64,000 nt of DNA from assembly GCA_949878485.1 (NCBI GenBank), contig CATLAM010000005.1, positions 23,499 through 87,498 of the forward strand. The letters are read 5' to 3'. Within the stretch, counting starts at the first letter, position 1. Each line of letters begins with the position of its first letter. The translations under genes and the position numbers were made by a program. This stretch comes from an uncultured Eubacteriales bacterium. Its GTDB lineage: Bacteria; Bacillota; Clostridia; Christensenellales; UBA1242. The notes beneath the pieces are model-generated. The model saw only the letters and a program-made list of their open reading frames with translations. It was not told the DNA's origin and ran no database searches. Shown one piece after another: positions 21,773 to 30,322 of this stretch.

Positions 21773-23404
21773 TTAAGCGTGCTGTGAAAGTCTTTCAAGC
21801 ACTTTATTTTCGCCTAAAAGACTCATGATTTCATATAAATCAGGCGAATTTTTTCTTCCAGTAATTGCAATTCTGATAAATTCGCACAATTTTGCGACAT
21901 TACCCTTATATTTTTCAGGATTAGCCTTGAAATCTTTGTTGTCAGTTGCATAACCAAGTTTTTCTGCCATTGCCTTAACTTTTTCAAACCAAACTTCTTT
22001 AGAAGAAAGGTCAAGATAATCTTTATAATTTCTGATTACATTTTCAAACTCGTTTTTGTCATTTTCATCAAGTTCAAATGATTTAACAGCACCAAACATA
22101 TAGTCAAAAAGTTCAAAAAACATGCTCCACTTATAAATATCCTTTCTTGGTTTTGGCTTTTCACGGTCGATGTTTAAAACTTTTGTGACATATTCTTTAT
22201 CTTTAATCAAATAATCAACATTTTCAAGTGAATATTCTTTTGCCCAGTTTAAAAGACCACGATAACACTCTTGTGCCGTCCATTTGGAAATAATTTCTTT
22301 GGAAACATCGTTGAGTTTAACTATGTCAAAAATTGGTGTGTTTGCAGTGATGTTGAAACCGTCAAAAGGAAATTCCGACAAGTCTGCCAAAGGATTATTC
22401 TTTCTCCAGACTTCAAAATTTGAATTTATAATGTTAAACAAATATTCCACAACAGATTGCTTTACATAACCTTCTTTGTCAAAATAACGCATATCTGCTT
22501 CAGGATGTTTTCTTTTAGAAAGTTTAATTTTATTGCCTTGTTCGTCAAATTTATACAACAGTGGTGAATGAATATATTTTGGCTGAGCAAAACCAAGCAC
22601 ATCAAAAATTTCTTTATGCAGTGGAAAGGAAGCAATCCATTCTTCCCCGCGAATTACAGTGGTTGTTCCCATAAGCGTGTCATCAATTGCATGAGCAAAA
22701 TGATAAGTAGGAATTAAATTGTCCTTAAGCAAGATGGCGTCTTTGCTGTTCTCTTGAATTTCAATTTCTCCCCTTAAATAGTCGTGTAACTTAATTTTGT
22801 GAGTTCCGTCATTTTCTGACTTTAATCGAATGGCAAACTTTTTGCCGTCTTTCAAGTTTTGTTCAATCTGTTCCATTGTTAAATTTCTGCAAGGGTCTTT
22901 TTCTTCAATCATGCCAACAGCAAATTTTTTCTCTCTGTTTTCCAAAACATCAGAAAGCCCTTCAGTTTTGCGACAAAAACAAGGGAACGCCTTTCCTTCA
23001 CTTACAAGTTTTTTTGCATAAGCCTTATAGATCTCTGCTCTTTCAGTTTGATAATAAGGCCCATATTCGCCAACAGTTACGCCACCTTTAAGTTGATATT
23101 CATCTGGCATAAGGTCATAATCATGCAAAATTCCTAAAATAATCGCACTTGCACCAGCAATTTCACGCTTTTGGTCAGTGTCTTCAATACGCAAATAAAA
23201 CACACCATTGCTGTGTCTTGCAATGTTACAATCAATCAATGCTTGAAAAAAACCACCTAAGTGCATATATCCTGTTGGACTTGGTGCAAAACGGGTGACT
23301 TCTGCACCCGTTTTTAATTCTCTTTTTTTATACTTTTCTTCAATTTCAGAAACGGTGTATCTATTGTCAGGAAACAATAAATCTGCCAATTTTAAAAAGT
23401 CCAT
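21773..23404 (-). CDS. gltX: Glutamate--tRNA ligase (long clostridial-type form)
   Basis: TRFAPSPTGYMHLGG (HIGH-type), YLRIEDTDQKRE and KLSKRK (KMSKS-type). The start is ambiguous: ATG at 23404 (MDFLKLADLLFP..., preferred) or the in-frame TTG at 23416 used by the track. Confidence 0.88.
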   Translation of the reverse strand: MDFLKLADLLFPDNRYTVSEIEEKYKKRELKTGAEVTRFAPSPTGYMHLGGFFQALIDCNIARHSNGVFYLRIEDTDQKREIAGASAIILGILHDYDLMPDEYQLKGGVTVGEYGPYYQTERAEIYKAYAKKLVSEGKAFPCFCRKTEGLSDVLENREKKFAVGMIEEKDPCRNLTMEQIEQNLKDGKKFAIRLKSENDGTHKIKLHDYLRGEIEIQENSKDAILLKDNLIPTYHFAHAIDDTLMGTTTVIRGEEWIASFPLHKEIFDVLGFAQPKYIHSPLLYKFDEQGNKIKLSKRKHPEADMRYFDKEGYVKQSVVEYLFNIINSNFEVWRKNNPLADLSEFPFDGFNITANTPIFDIVKLNDVSKEIISKWTAQECYRGLLNWAKEYSLENVDYLIKDKEYVTKVLNIDREKPKPRKDIYKWSMFFELFDYMFGAVKSFELDENDKNEFENVIRNYKDYLDLSSKEVWFEKVKAMAEKLGYATDNKDFKANPEKYKGNVAKLCEFIRIAITGRKNSPDLYEIMSLLGENKVLERLSQHA

Positions 23405-23425
23405 AATCACCTTCAAAAAATTTTA

Positions 23426-24586
23426 TTATTTTAATGCTTGTCCATAGAAATCGTTTTGAAAATTATCCAAAATCAAATCAAGAAAATCTTCAATTTTGTT
23501 TAAATAAGTTTCTGCCAAAGCATTGCTTTCTTTGACATACTTAGCCATGTCGTTTTTATAATCAACAGAAAGTTTTTGAATGTTAAGTTCTTTCAATGCT
23601 GTTTCATACTGATTTGCATTTACAACAAAAACATTGACCAAATTTTCCACCAATGGTTTCAATTCAACTGCATTGAAAATGTCAGTTTCAGTTTTACCTT
23701 CTGTGATTGTTGATTGTTTTACAAAATTTTTAAAAGAATTAAACGAAGTTTCAAGTTTTGAAATAAGGTTGGAAATTCTTGTTTTAGTCACTTTATCTTC
23801 ATCATTTGTTGATTCCCACCAAATTTTGTTTTTGATTTCACTAAGCATAAATGTGCTGTAAACTGGAAGAAGTTTTGCTCTTACAAAGCCTTCAACAATC
23901 ATTGTTCTGTCACTTGTTGCATTAAATTCTTTTAAATAATTAATGATGTTGTTGTTTTCCAAAACATCTGCCAAAGCACCTGAAACATTAACTGCTTTTT
24001 CAATCATCTCACCATAGCTTCTTTCCAAAGCCCTAAGTCCAGTAGTAATTTCAAAATCAGTTGTGTTGTAATAACTGTCAGTTGTTTTTCTTTGTTTCAA
24101 AAATTCATTAATGCTTTCAATATAGTCTTTGATTTCATTATTTAAAGTTTCAAGAGATTTTTCTGTTTCCTTGCTTATTTTGTCATCTTTTTTTGGAAGA
24201 TAAACTTTATATGCGTCAATAAATTCGTTTGCGTAAACAAAAATAACATTGTATTTACGGTCAAGTTCTTCATAACCATAAGAAAATTTCTTTTCAATTT
24301 CTTCTTTAACCGCTTTGTCTAAATTTTCACCTAAGACAACTTTATATTTTGTTTTAATTCCAGTGTCTGCCACAATTTCGTTTGTGTCACTTGATGAACC
24401 ATAAACTTCTGGGTCTACATATCCTTCAATAAAAACAGTGGAGTTTGATGTTATAACTTTTGAAAGTTCTTTTAAAGAATTATTTACGGTTTCCGCATCC
24501 ACGCCACAACCTGAGAAAATAAAAACAGGAACAATAAAACACAAGCAAAGAATCAAACTTAATAAAACGCCTTTTAAATTTTTCAT
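23426..24586 (-). CDS. Hypothetical helical lipoprotein
   Basis: ATG at 24586 with AGGAGAG upstream. Signal peptide plus lipobox MKNLKGVLLSLILCLCFIVPVFIFSGC. The remainder is predicted helical and coiled, and I recognise no family. Confidence 0.7.
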   Translation of the reverse strand: MKNLKGVLLSLILCLCFIVPVFIFSGCGVDAETVNNSLKELSKVITSNSTVFIEGYVDPEVYGSSSDTNEIVADTGIKTKYKVVLGENLDKAVKEEIEKKFSYGYEELDRKYNVIFVYANEFIDAYKVYLPKKDDKISKETEKSLETLNNEIKDYIESINEFLKQRKTTDSYYNTTDFEITTGLRALERSYGEMIEKAVNVSGALADVLENNNIINYLKEFNATSDRTMIVEGFVRAKLLPVYSTFMLSEIKNKIWWESTNDEDKVTKTRISNLISKLETSFNSFKNFVKQSTITEGKTETDIFNAVELKPLVENLVNVFVVNANQYETALKELNIQKLSVDYKNDMAKYVKESNALAETYLNKIEDFLDLILDNFQNDFYGQALK

Positions 24587-24611
24587 AATTTTCTCTCCTT
24601 TACTTAAAGTT

Positions 24612-25754
24612 TTAAACCACAACTTGCCACAAAGCAGTTAAAGTAACATTTCCTACATTACCTGCATTTAAAACCAAATTACTTTCGCCATCTTTTGGAG
24701 TGTAAACAGCATCTTTAACCCATGTTCCAACTGAATTAGATGTCACTTTCCAACCTGTAAACTTAAATCCTTCGCGGACTGGATTGTTAATTGTCACTTT
24801 TTCAAAGTTTTTAAATGTCACATCTGAAACACTTCCTGCACCTTCATAACCTAAATCAAACGAGATGTTAAATCTTTCATTTGGTGCAATAAACAAACTT
24901 CCGTCCAAAACTTTTGAATAATAGTAAGATTTGTTTCCTTGAGATTTCAAGTTTTCAATAATTACTTTCAATTCTCCAGACTTAAATTCGCCATATTGAT
25001 TAAAATAATTTGTAACAGTTGTTTTAACTTTTGAATAAACCAAATAGTTGTCAACATATTTTTTAAGGTTTGTTGATTGTGAAATAGAGTCATCTTTAGA
25101 TTCTCTGTTTGCTTTAATTTCAACATTTGCTTTGCTTAAAAGTTCTTTATAGAAATTGAAAACAACTTCTGTAAGGTCATTGTTGTAAGTTTTGGAAGTC
25201 ACGCAAGATGTGTAAATGTCACCAAGTTTTGCCATGGAATCTGTGGTGTAATCAATCATAACTTGGAAATCACTTGCTCTGTCATTCCACAAGTTTGCAA
25301 GTGTCACAGAATTTCCGTTTGCAACTTTTCTGTCAGATTCAATATCTTTCTTGAGTTTTTCTGCAGTTTTTTGAGCATTTTTTAAGTTATTAACTACTTT
25401 TTCGCCATTTTGCGAATAAAATTCTGTCCATTTTGTAAATGCCATTTGTCTGTTTACAAAGTCACTTACATCCAAACTTGTTTTATAAATCACAGAATAA
25501 TTTTTTATAAGTGCAATTTGACTTGCTGTTAAATTGCCAGTATATCCTGTTGTTGAAATTTCATCAAGATATTTAATTATTTCTTTATATTCGTCACTTG
25601 ACGAAGACAAATAACCTGTGGTTGTTGAATTATTTAATTGAAGTGTCAATTTTTTTGTGTCTTTATCTTTCAAAACAAAGATGAACACCACTGTCAAAAC
25701 CACAGCAATTACAACCAATGCTAATATGATTGCTAAAACCCACTTTCTTCTCAT
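24612..25754 (-). CDS. N-terminally membrane-anchored protein with a C-terminal Listeria-Bacteroides (InlB-B type) repeat
   Basis: N-terminal TM WVLAIILALVVIAVVLTVVFIFVL. The C-terminus REGFKFTGWKVTSNSVGTWVKDAVYTPKDG...NVTLTALWQ matches the Flg_new repeat pattern. GGGGGA lies upstream of ATG 25754. Confidence 0.7.
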   Translation of the reverse strand: MRRKWVLAIILALVVIAVVLTVVFIFVLKDKDTKKLTLQLNNSTTTGYLSSSSDEYKEIIKYLDEISTTGYTGNLTASQIALIKNYSVIYKTSLDVSDFVNRQMAFTKWTEFYSQNGEKVVNNLKNAQKTAEKLKKDIESDRKVANGNSVTLANLWNDRASDFQVMIDYTTDSMAKLGDIYTSCVTSKTYNNDLTEVVFNFYKELLSKANVEIKANRESKDDSISQSTNLKKYVDNYLVYSKVKTTVTNYFNQYGEFKSGELKVIIENLKSQGNKSYYYSKVLDGSLFIAPNERFNISFDLGYEGAGSVSDVTFKNFEKVTINNPVREGFKFTGWKVTSNSVGTWVKDAVYTPKDGESNLVLNAGNVGNVTLTALWQVVV

Positions 25755-25768
25755 TTTTATCCCCCTTT

Positions 25769-27118
25769 TTATTCCACAACAACTTTTTCATTTGGATTTA
25801 AGAATGTTGTATATTCTCCAACCCATTTCAATTTAACTTCGCCCGTGCTTCCGCTTCTGTGTTTTGAAATCAGAAGATAAACAGTCCCTGGTTCGTCTTC
25901 TGTTGATGTGTCGCCATATTTTTCTGGATTATATAAAAACAAAACAATGTCAGCATCTTGTTCGATAGAGCCAGACTCTCTAAGGTCTGAAAGCACTGGT
26001 CTGTGGTCTTCACGAGTTTCCACCGCACGAGATAATTGTGAAAGAAGCACAATCGGAACATTCAATTCTTTTGCAGCAATTTTAAGTGTTCTGGTCAAAT
26101 CGCTGACTTCTTGTGTTCTTGATTCTCTGGAACTTCGTCCCATTGTCATCAACTGCAAATAGTCAATCACGATAAGGTCAAGCCCATCTGTCATTTTAAG
26201 TTTACGACATTTCGAAATGATGTTGAAAGGTGTAACAAGTGATGAGTCATCAACAAAAATTGAACTCTGAGCCAATTTCTTTTCCGCTGTCCAAATTCGT
26301 TTCCATTCTTCACTGTCCATGCTTCCTTTCAAAACATGTGACAAGTTTACTTTTGCAAGTGAAGACAATGCCCTTTGCATAAGTTGTTCCTTGGACATTT
26401 CAAGTGAGAAAATGGCAATTTTCTTTCCTTCATTTACTGCAGTGTTGATTGCCATGTTCATGGCAAATGAAGTTTTACCCACACCTGGACGAGCCGCAAG
26501 CAAAATTAGGTCACTGTTTTGAAGTCCATTTGTAATGGCATCAAAATCTTTATAACCAGTTGGAATACCTCTCATTTTACCTTTGTTTTCAGCCAGTTCG
26601 GAAATTTGTTTCAAAACATTTGTCAAGACTCCGCCTGGTTTTCCAACAAGTTCAAGTTCATTGGAATTTTCTTTCTGAGAAAGGTCAAAAATTTTCTTTT
26701 CTGCAAACTGCATTGCTTCATTTCCATCAGCGTTGTCAAATGCAGTTCTTATTATCTCTTGTGATTCGCCAATTAAGCGTCTTCTTGTGGAATCGTTTTT
26801 AACAATGTTTAAATAATGTTGAAAGTTTGCTGCTGATGGAACAACATTGGTCAAAAAAGTTATGTAATCAATTCCTCCAATCAATTCCAATTTCTTGTCA
26901 ACTTCCAATTGATTTGTCAAAGTTACAAAATCAACAGGCACGCCTTTGTTATAGATTTTCACCATGCTTTCAAAAACTTGTTTGTGTGATTCTGCATAGA
27001 AATCGTTTGGTTGCAATTTGGAAATAATCTCCATTTGAGCATCATTATCCAATAAAACACAACCAAGCAATGCTTGTTCTGCTTCCAAACTATTTGGCAA
27101 AATTTTGTAATCTGGCAT
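25769..27118 (-). CDS. dnaB: Replicative DNA helicase DnaB
   Basis: N-terminal LPNSLEAEQALLGCVLLDNDA, Walker A GARPGVGKTSFA and a typical DnaB C-terminal RecA-like domain. GGAGG lies upstream of the ATG. Confidence 0.93.
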   Translation of the reverse strand: MPDYKILPNSLEAEQALLGCVLLDNDAQMEIISKLQPNDFYAESHKQVFESMVKIYNKGVPVDFVTLTNQLEVDKKLELIGGIDYITFLTNVVPSAANFQHYLNIVKNDSTRRRLIGESQEIIRTAFDNADGNEAMQFAEKKIFDLSQKENSNELELVGKPGGVLTNVLKQISELAENKGKMRGIPTGYKDFDAITNGLQNSDLILLAARPGVGKTSFAMNMAINTAVNEGKKIAIFSLEMSKEQLMQRALSSLAKVNLSHVLKGSMDSEEWKRIWTAEKKLAQSSIFVDDSSLVTPFNIISKCRKLKMTDGLDLIVIDYLQLMTMGRSSRESRTQEVSDLTRTLKIAAKELNVPIVLLSQLSRAVETREDHRPVLSDLRESGSIEQDADIVLFLYNPEKYGDTSTEDEPGTVYLLISKHRSGSTGEVKLKWVGEYTTFLNPNEKVVVE

Positions 27119-27130
27119 TTAAACCTCCAA

Positions 27131-27382
27131 TCAATCTGAGAAAGGGTCTTTTTTCTTACTCATACGCTCTTGTTTCTTTTTATCCAGTTTAGCACAAACT
27201 GCACAAAAAATAAAGAAGAATATAAACATAACAATAACTAAAACCAAAATGTTAAGCCATTGTGGCACATCAGCATATTGTAAACCAACACAAATAACCA
27301 AAACAGGAAGCAGGACAATCAACAAAAATAATCCAACTCTTTTCAATTTGTGTTTAAGTTCTTGCTTTTCTGTGCTTTTCAT
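27131..27382 (-). CDS. Small (83 aa) two-TM membrane protein, hypothetical
   Basis: Two hydrophobic helices (VGLFLLIVLLPVLVICVGL; LNILVLVIVMFIFFFIFCAVCA) and a basic tail. There is no SD. A promoter -10 lies only 9 nt upstream of the ATG. Confidence 0.55.
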   Translation of the reverse strand: MKSTEKQELKHKLKRVGLFLLIVLLPVLVICVGLQYADVPQWLNILVLVIVMFIFFFIFCAVCAKLDKKKQERMSKKKDPFSD

Positions 27383-27391
27383 CTTAATTTA

Positions 27392-27420
27392 AGTATATCA
27401 ATAAATTAAAGTTTTGTCAA
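27392..27420 (-). promoter_or_regulatory. Sigma-A-like promoter (-35 TTGACA, 17-nt spacer, -10 TATACT) heading the small-TM/dnaB/.../gltX/trpS gene string
   Basis: The minus strand reads TTGACA(27420-27415)-N17-TATACT(27397-27392). ATG at 27382 is 9 nt downstream of the -10 hexamer. Confidence 0.45.
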
Positions 27421-27475
27421 TCTGAAAGTAAAAAATAACTTTTAAATTGAAAACTATTTAGCAAACCAAGAAAAT

Positions 27476-27506
27476 AAAAAAAGATAAGCAAAAACTTATC
27501 TTTTTT
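27476..27506 (-). terminator. Rho-independent terminator after typA
   Basis: Inverted repeat AAAAAGATAAG / CTTATCTTTTT with a 6-nt loop, flanked by A/T runs and immediately downstream of the typA stop at 27509. Confidence 0.6.
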
Positions 27507-27508
27507 AA

Positions 27509-29341
27509 TTAAATTTCTCCACGAAGCATTTTGCCGCGTTCACGCATACGCATATTGTGGTCAAGAATGATTTTTCTGATGCGAATAGATTTTGGAGTAA
27601 CTTCCATATATTCGTCATCGCCCAAAAATTCGATGCAGTCTTCCAAACTCATTACTCTTGGTGGAGTCAATCTTAAAGCATCATCAGAGCCTGATGCACG
27701 GCAGTTTGAAAGGTGTTTTGTTTTGCAAACATTGACAACAATGTCGCCACCTTTAGGGTTTGTCCCAACAACCATTCCACCATAAACATCAACACCAGCA
27801 CCTATGAAAAGTTCTCCGCGTTCTTGTGCATTATAAAGCCCATAAACAATGGCTTTGCCTGTTTCATGTGCAATCAAAGCACCAAACTCACGACGATTGA
27901 TTTCGCCTTTATATGGTTGATATTCAAAGAATATTGAATTTACAATACCTTCCCCTCTAGTGTCAGTCAAGAAGTCAGACTTAAAGCCAAAAAGACCACG
28001 AGAAGGAATTAAAAATTCCATTCTCATACGGCTTCCGTGTGGAGCCATGTTTTGCAAATCACCTTTACGAACTCCCATTTTGTTCATAACTGTTCCCACA
28101 CAATCTTCAGGAACATCCAAGAAAAGTCTGTCAATAGGCTCGCACTTAACACCATCAATAACTTTAATCAAAACCTTTGGCTGACTTACTTGGAATTCAT
28201 AACCGTCACGGCGCATATTTTCAATTAAGATTGAAAGGTGCATTTCCCCTCTTCCGCGAACTTTAAACTTTTCAGCAGTGTCGCCATCTTCCACACGAAG
28301 AGAAAGGTCTTTCACTGCTTCTTTATAAAGTCTGTCACGCAGGTGTCTGGAAGTCACAAACTTCCCTTCTTTCCCTGCAAAAGGACTGTCATTTACCATG
28401 AAAGTCATCTCTACGCTTGGTTCTGCAATCTTGACAAATTCAATTGGTTCAACTTGTGCTTCATCACAAATTGTGTCACCAATCGTGACATCTTCAAGCC
28501 CTGCAACACAAACAATTTCTCCGCTTTCAGCACTTTCCACAGGCACACGCTTAAGCCCATCATAGACAAACAAACTTACAATTTTTGACTTAACCTTTTT
28601 GCTTTCATCATGATAGTTGCAGACAACAACATTTTGTCCAACCCTAACTTTTCCGCGTTCAAGTTTTCCGACTGCAAGTTTTCCGACATATTCATTGTGT
28701 TCAGCAGAAGAAATCAACATCTTCATAGGTTCATTCACTTCGCCTTGTGGGGCAGGAATGTGATTTATGATTGTTTCAAAAAGTGGTTTCAAATCTGTGC
28801 CCATAACACCAGCGTCTGTAGAAGAAATGCCTTGTCTTGCAGAAGCAAAAACGAAAGGAGAATCAAGTTGATCTTCATCTGCGTCAAGTTCCAAGAAAAG
28901 TTCCAAAACTTCATCAATAACTTCTTTAACGCGTGCATCAGGTCTGTCAATTTTGTTTACAACAACAACAACTTTAAGTTTTAACGACAACGCTTTTTCC
29001 AGCACGAAACGAGTCTGTGGCATTGGTCCTTCATAGGCATCAACAACCAAAAGCACGCCGTCAACCATTTTTAAAACTCTTTCCACTTCTCCACCGAAGT
29101 CAGCATGTCCTGGGGTGTCTACGACATTGATTTTAATGTCGCCATAAACGCAAGAAGCATTTTTAGACAAAATTGTAATGCCTCTTTCTCTTTCCAAGTC
29201 ATTGCTGTCCATAACTCTGTCCTCAACAACTTGGTTGTTTCTGAATACATTTCCTTGTTTCAACATTTCATTGACCAATGAAGTTTTGCCATGGTCAACG
29301 TGGGCAATAATTGCCACATTTCTTATCATCTTGTTTTCCAT
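27509..29341 (-). CDS. typA: Translational GTPase TypA/BipA
   Basis: IRNVAIIAHVDHGKTSLV and DTPGHADFGGEVER, with EF-G-like domain order and the TypA C-terminal domain. The start was refined to ATG 29341 (MENKMIRNV, AAGGAA upstream), giving 610 aa. Confidence 0.92.
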   Translation of the reverse strand: MENKMIRNVAIIAHVDHGKTSLVNEMLKQGNVFRNNQVVEDRVMDSNDLERERGITILSKNASCVYGDIKINVVDTPGHADFGGEVERVLKMVDGVLLVVDAYEGPMPQTRFVLEKALSLKLKVVVVVNKIDRPDARVKEVIDEVLELFLELDADEDQLDSPFVFASARQGISSTDAGVMGTDLKPLFETIINHIPAPQGEVNEPMKMLISSAEHNEYVGKLAVGKLERGKVRVGQNVVVCNYHDESKKVKSKIVSLFVYDGLKRVPVESAESGEIVCVAGLEDVTIGDTICDEAQVEPIEFVKIAEPSVEMTFMVNDSPFAGKEGKFVTSRHLRDRLYKEAVKDLSLRVEDGDTAEKFKVRGRGEMHLSILIENMRRDGYEFQVSQPKVLIKVIDGVKCEPIDRLFLDVPEDCVGTVMNKMGVRKGDLQNMAPHGSRMRMEFLIPSRGLFGFKSDFLTDTRGEGIVNSIFFEYQPYKGEINRREFGALIAHETGKAIVYGLYNAQERGELFIGAGVDVYGGMVVGTNPKGGDIVVNVCKTKHLSNCRASGSDDALRLTPPRVMSLEDCIEFLGDDEYMEVTPKSIRIRKIILDHNMRMRERGKMLRGEI

Positions 29342-29429
29342 ATTGCGTTTTCCTTTTTTAAATAACCATATTAGTATAACATTTTTAAAGCAAAAACACA
29401 ATATTTAAACAAAAATTTATTTATTTTTT

Positions 29430-30278
29430 TTAATTGTTTTTCTTATTTTTTGTTGCAAATTTTAAGATTACAAAGTATGCAACCATAGAAACGCACACCA
29501 AAATCAAAGCAGAAGCATACCAAACAGCATGATTTGGTCCAGTCACAAAAAACTCAATTGAATTGTCAGTTTTAAGCTCTTCCAATGTTTTGAAGAAGAT
29601 GTTATGTTTAACTCCGTTTACTTCATACATTTGGTCGCTTTTCAAAGTGTTTGACATTGAAGCAAAATCATAGATGAAAACCGATTCATCAAACGATGCT
29701 TTCATTAAAGTCCTTCTTTCTTCAGAAACTTTAATGCTTTCACAAGTGGAATTTACTGCAAGCAGGCAAACATCTTTCAAACTCTGTGCAGATTTTTCTG
29801 AAATTGGAAAGTTGGATTTTAATGTAATCTTTTTCATAAAGAAACCACTGGACTCTGTGTTGTTTTCTTTTTCTTCTTCGCTTTCATCATCACTTACACC
29901 AAAAAATTGTTTTTGGCTTTCCAAATTTTTAAAAACAATGGAAAAACCAATTCCGTCAACATCGGAGAAATATTTGCAATAACCAACTTCCACACCTTCC
30001 ACATCTTTGTCGCGGTTTACTTTTGCCAAAGCGTTGACATAAGATGACAAATAAAAACGATAGATCATCAACTCATCTTCATTGAAACCTTTTTCTTTCA
30101 TTATGGCAGAGTTTAAAGGAAAGATGTAACTAAGCCCTATTTGACCTGAAGAATCATTTGATTTTAAAATTCTGAAAGCGTTTGTTTGAAAGACATCTGC
30201 TGTCGGTGCAGTAGATGAACATCCCACAAAGCAGAACAAAACAATAAATAAAAAAAGAGCACAAACAGATTTTTTCAC
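29430..30278 (-). CDS. Hypothetical lipoprotein with an additional C-terminal TM helix
   Basis: GTG start. Signal peptide plus lipobox MKKSVCALFLFIVLFCFVGC. C-terminal TM AVWYASALILVCVSMVAYFVIL is followed by KFATKNKKNN. The RBS is weak. Confidence 0.65.
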   Translation of the reverse strand: MKKSVCALFLFIVLFCFVGCSSTAPTADVFQTNAFRILKSNDSSGQIGLSYIFPLNSAIMKEKGFNEDELMIYRFYLSSYVNALAKVNRDKDVEGVEVGYCKYFSDVDGIGFSIVFKNLESQKQFFGVSDDESEEEKENNTESSGFFMKKITLKSNFPISEKSAQSLKDVCLLAVNSTCESIKVSEERRTLMKASFDESVFIYDFASMSNTLKSDQMYEVNGVKHNIFFKTLEELKTDNSIEFFVTGPNHAVWYASALILVCVSMVAYFVILKFATKNKKNN

Positions 30279-30322
30279 AATCTATTTATACTCTTTTTAA
30301 AGGCTTATTATGCTTGATTTGG

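Noticed and set aside
21734-23425. T-box riboswitch leaders for trpS or gltX
   Set aside because: The gaps upstream of trpS (about 39 nt) and gltX (about 21 nt) are far too short for a T-box leader. Both genes appear to be read through from upstream genes.
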